From assembly GCF_964355755.1 (NCBI RefSeq), contig NC_092679.1, forward strand, positions 1,642,201-1,706,200: a stretch of DNA of 64,000 bases. Direction: 5' to 3'. Shown here in pieces: positions 62,084-64,000 of this stretch. The notes beneath the pieces were generated by a model. That model did no database searches. It had not been told where the DNA came from and saw only the letters and a list, made by a program, of their open reading frames with translations. Source of the DNA: Antedon mediterranea. Taxonomy: Eukaryota > Animalia > Echinodermata. The translations under genes were made by a program, and so were the position numbers. Each line of letters starts with the position of its first letter. Position 1 is the stretch's first letter.

Positions 62084-63401
62084 GTTTCCAATCTGTAAAG
62101 AAAAATGTGTTCTTTGGTATGAGCATGTTCTGTCAAAGGTACAGTAGGTCACTTACCCTTTCCATTTTAATACAAGATTTGCTGGGATTAGGAGTGTTTA
62201 CTTTTTATCCATATGAATACCTCGGACTTTTATTGTTTTCTAGAATGAACCAGTTCACGAATTATCGTTATATTGACTGATATTTATTTTATTCATTAAA
62301 AAAGGACATTGGCATAGCAATACAATTATGATTCAATTTTCTCTTTTAGTAATACTATATCGTTATGCTATCGTCAGTCTACCATTATTCTGATTTCATC
62401 AAATGCAAATTTCGGAATCTGTAGTATTTGTGTCATCATCATTCCGAAGTACTCAATGTAATGTCTAATTATATCCGGGTCATAGAGTTAGTTAATTGTC
62501 TGACGTGACGTACGTTACTTTTAGTGGTATTTGTATTAATAAGACTAGGCCTGCAAGCTTAAATTAATTGGTGAAGTAAAAGCCTATTTCAGAATACAAG
62601 TGGTATATATAATATTGTTAATATTTTTCATTTGACATTTATACAAGAATGAATTTCACTCGCTATTTCCTGTGATTATACTACTACTGTAGTACTGTAC
62701 GATTGTGAACTTCGGTACCGGAAATAACAATACCGTAACAACCCGGGACCGTAACTCAGTACAATACAAAAATACAAGTATTTACAACTCTGTGGTACTT
62801 TATAGGTTCACGGTAATACTGACTAAAAGCAACAAAAGGCAATTAATAAATAAGTTTATAGAATTACATACGAAATAAAGACCCTTCTACAGAATATCAC
62901 ACCACATTCAAAACAATTATTATACACCGGGCCAAGATAAAATAGATTCACCTTTTTTGGGCCCACCGCTGTCTCTGTTATATCTCTTAACAGAGATGGT
63001 ACGAGTAGGCTACATCTGTTGATGCTAAATGTAAAATAAAGTGTATAATGTTGTGTGTACTTACCTTTATATTAATATATGTACTGTATGACTGATAGTT
63101 ATTTTCTTTACTGGTGATCTGTTGGTGACGAACCGTATTAAATACAACAGTTTGTTGTATGAGTAGATACAGGATGTATTCACGGGCCCATATCTGACTA
63201 AACTGACCTTGCTCGTTATTTCTTAATCCGGCCTTTGTATACACGCCTTCGCAGGATACACCTTTTGTGTTACGATACTCTCGGCCAAAATTGATGGGGC
63301 TAGGATGAATTAACAAACAAATTACGATAGTAGACTTTAAAACTTTATTACACTACTTCGTTACAATCGTATATAAAATTTAATAATATACTAATAATAC
63401 T

Positions 63402-63456
63402 GTAATAATAATAATAATAATGATAATAACACTACTAATAACAATAATAATAATAA
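63402..63456. repeat. (AAT)n-rich microsatellite
   Basis: Directly visible. Confidence 0.8.
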
Positions 63457-63653
63457 TTAATATAGGCTGATAAAACGAACGAAGGTTTCTTAAGTACTTA
63501 GATATTATTACAGTACTCGGTATATTACTTAGAGCCTACTAATCGTCTAATCTAATGTGTTCTAGGTTGGAACAGAGATCCATTGCCTCTGCGATGGAGA
63601 ATTTGGACAGTCGCGTAAAACGAAGTTGGTCCATAATACCAGTTGAAAAATCA

Positions 63654-63947
63654 TTATAAACGCGTTGAATCCAGTGGTTCAGATTCATTCTGACGCGTTA
63701 TATTTGTACCAGAAGGTTTTTCGTTCGTTTGTAAGAGAGTTTCTGTCGTTTTTGGTTGCGAAGAAGACGTTTGCTTTTCTCTACGTGCTTTCATTAAATT
63801 CTTCATTGAATAGTTAATATTGAATGCTATAAAGATAAACAAGCCTTGAAGAGAGTTTAGAATGGTAAAGATATACCAGAATATCACGTGATCAACGAAT
63901 GACGCAACATAACCAAATATCCATGTTAATCCCATGACGGTTGAAAT
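63654..63947 (-). CDS. Last exon (TM6-TM7 and tail) of a third 7TM paralog; rest lies beyond the window
   Basis: Acceptor TTGTTACAG then ISTVMGLTWIFG...DSTRL*, nearly identical to 58820-59113. Confidence 0.85.
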   Translation of the reverse strand: MSTVMGLTWIFGYVASFVDHVIFWYIFTILNSLQGLFIFIAFNINYSMKNLMKARREKQTSSSQPKTTETLLQTNEKPSGTNITRQNESEPLDSTRL

Positions 63948-64000
63948 CTGTAACAAAAAAACGAGGTTAATATCATATGGTTTAGAATTCATAATTAGTG

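Overview
AT-rich animal genomic DNA with spliceosomal introns, probably from an invertebrate deuterostome such as an echinoderm (inferred from gene and repeat content, not established). A 22-exon CCDC175-like coiled-coil gene on the + strand (1453-48307, ~807 aa by manual splicing) has one giant 32.7 kb intron (12847-45561). Nested antisense in that intron are three genes, each with a single coding exon: a three-Ig-domain type I receptor and two small single-pass proteins with minimal ectodomains and cytoplasmic tails rich in tyrosine motifs (ITSM, ITIM, YxN, YDxV, PxxP). The two small proteins resemble vertebrate lymphocyte transmembrane adaptors (LAT/SIT/PAG class). Downstream are an intronless CREBZF/Zhangfei bZIP gene (+) and a tandem array of at least three secretin/adhesion-class 7TM receptors (-); the two complete copies have a somatomedin-B-like domain. 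Introns hold many MITEs (PIF/Harbinger-like, TTAA Kolobok-like, Tc1/mariner-like), tRNA- and 5S-derived SINEs, LINE tails, a 4 kb long-TIR element and minisatellites. All exon structures and family calls were made by eye from the sequence and from remembered family motifs; no database search was run.
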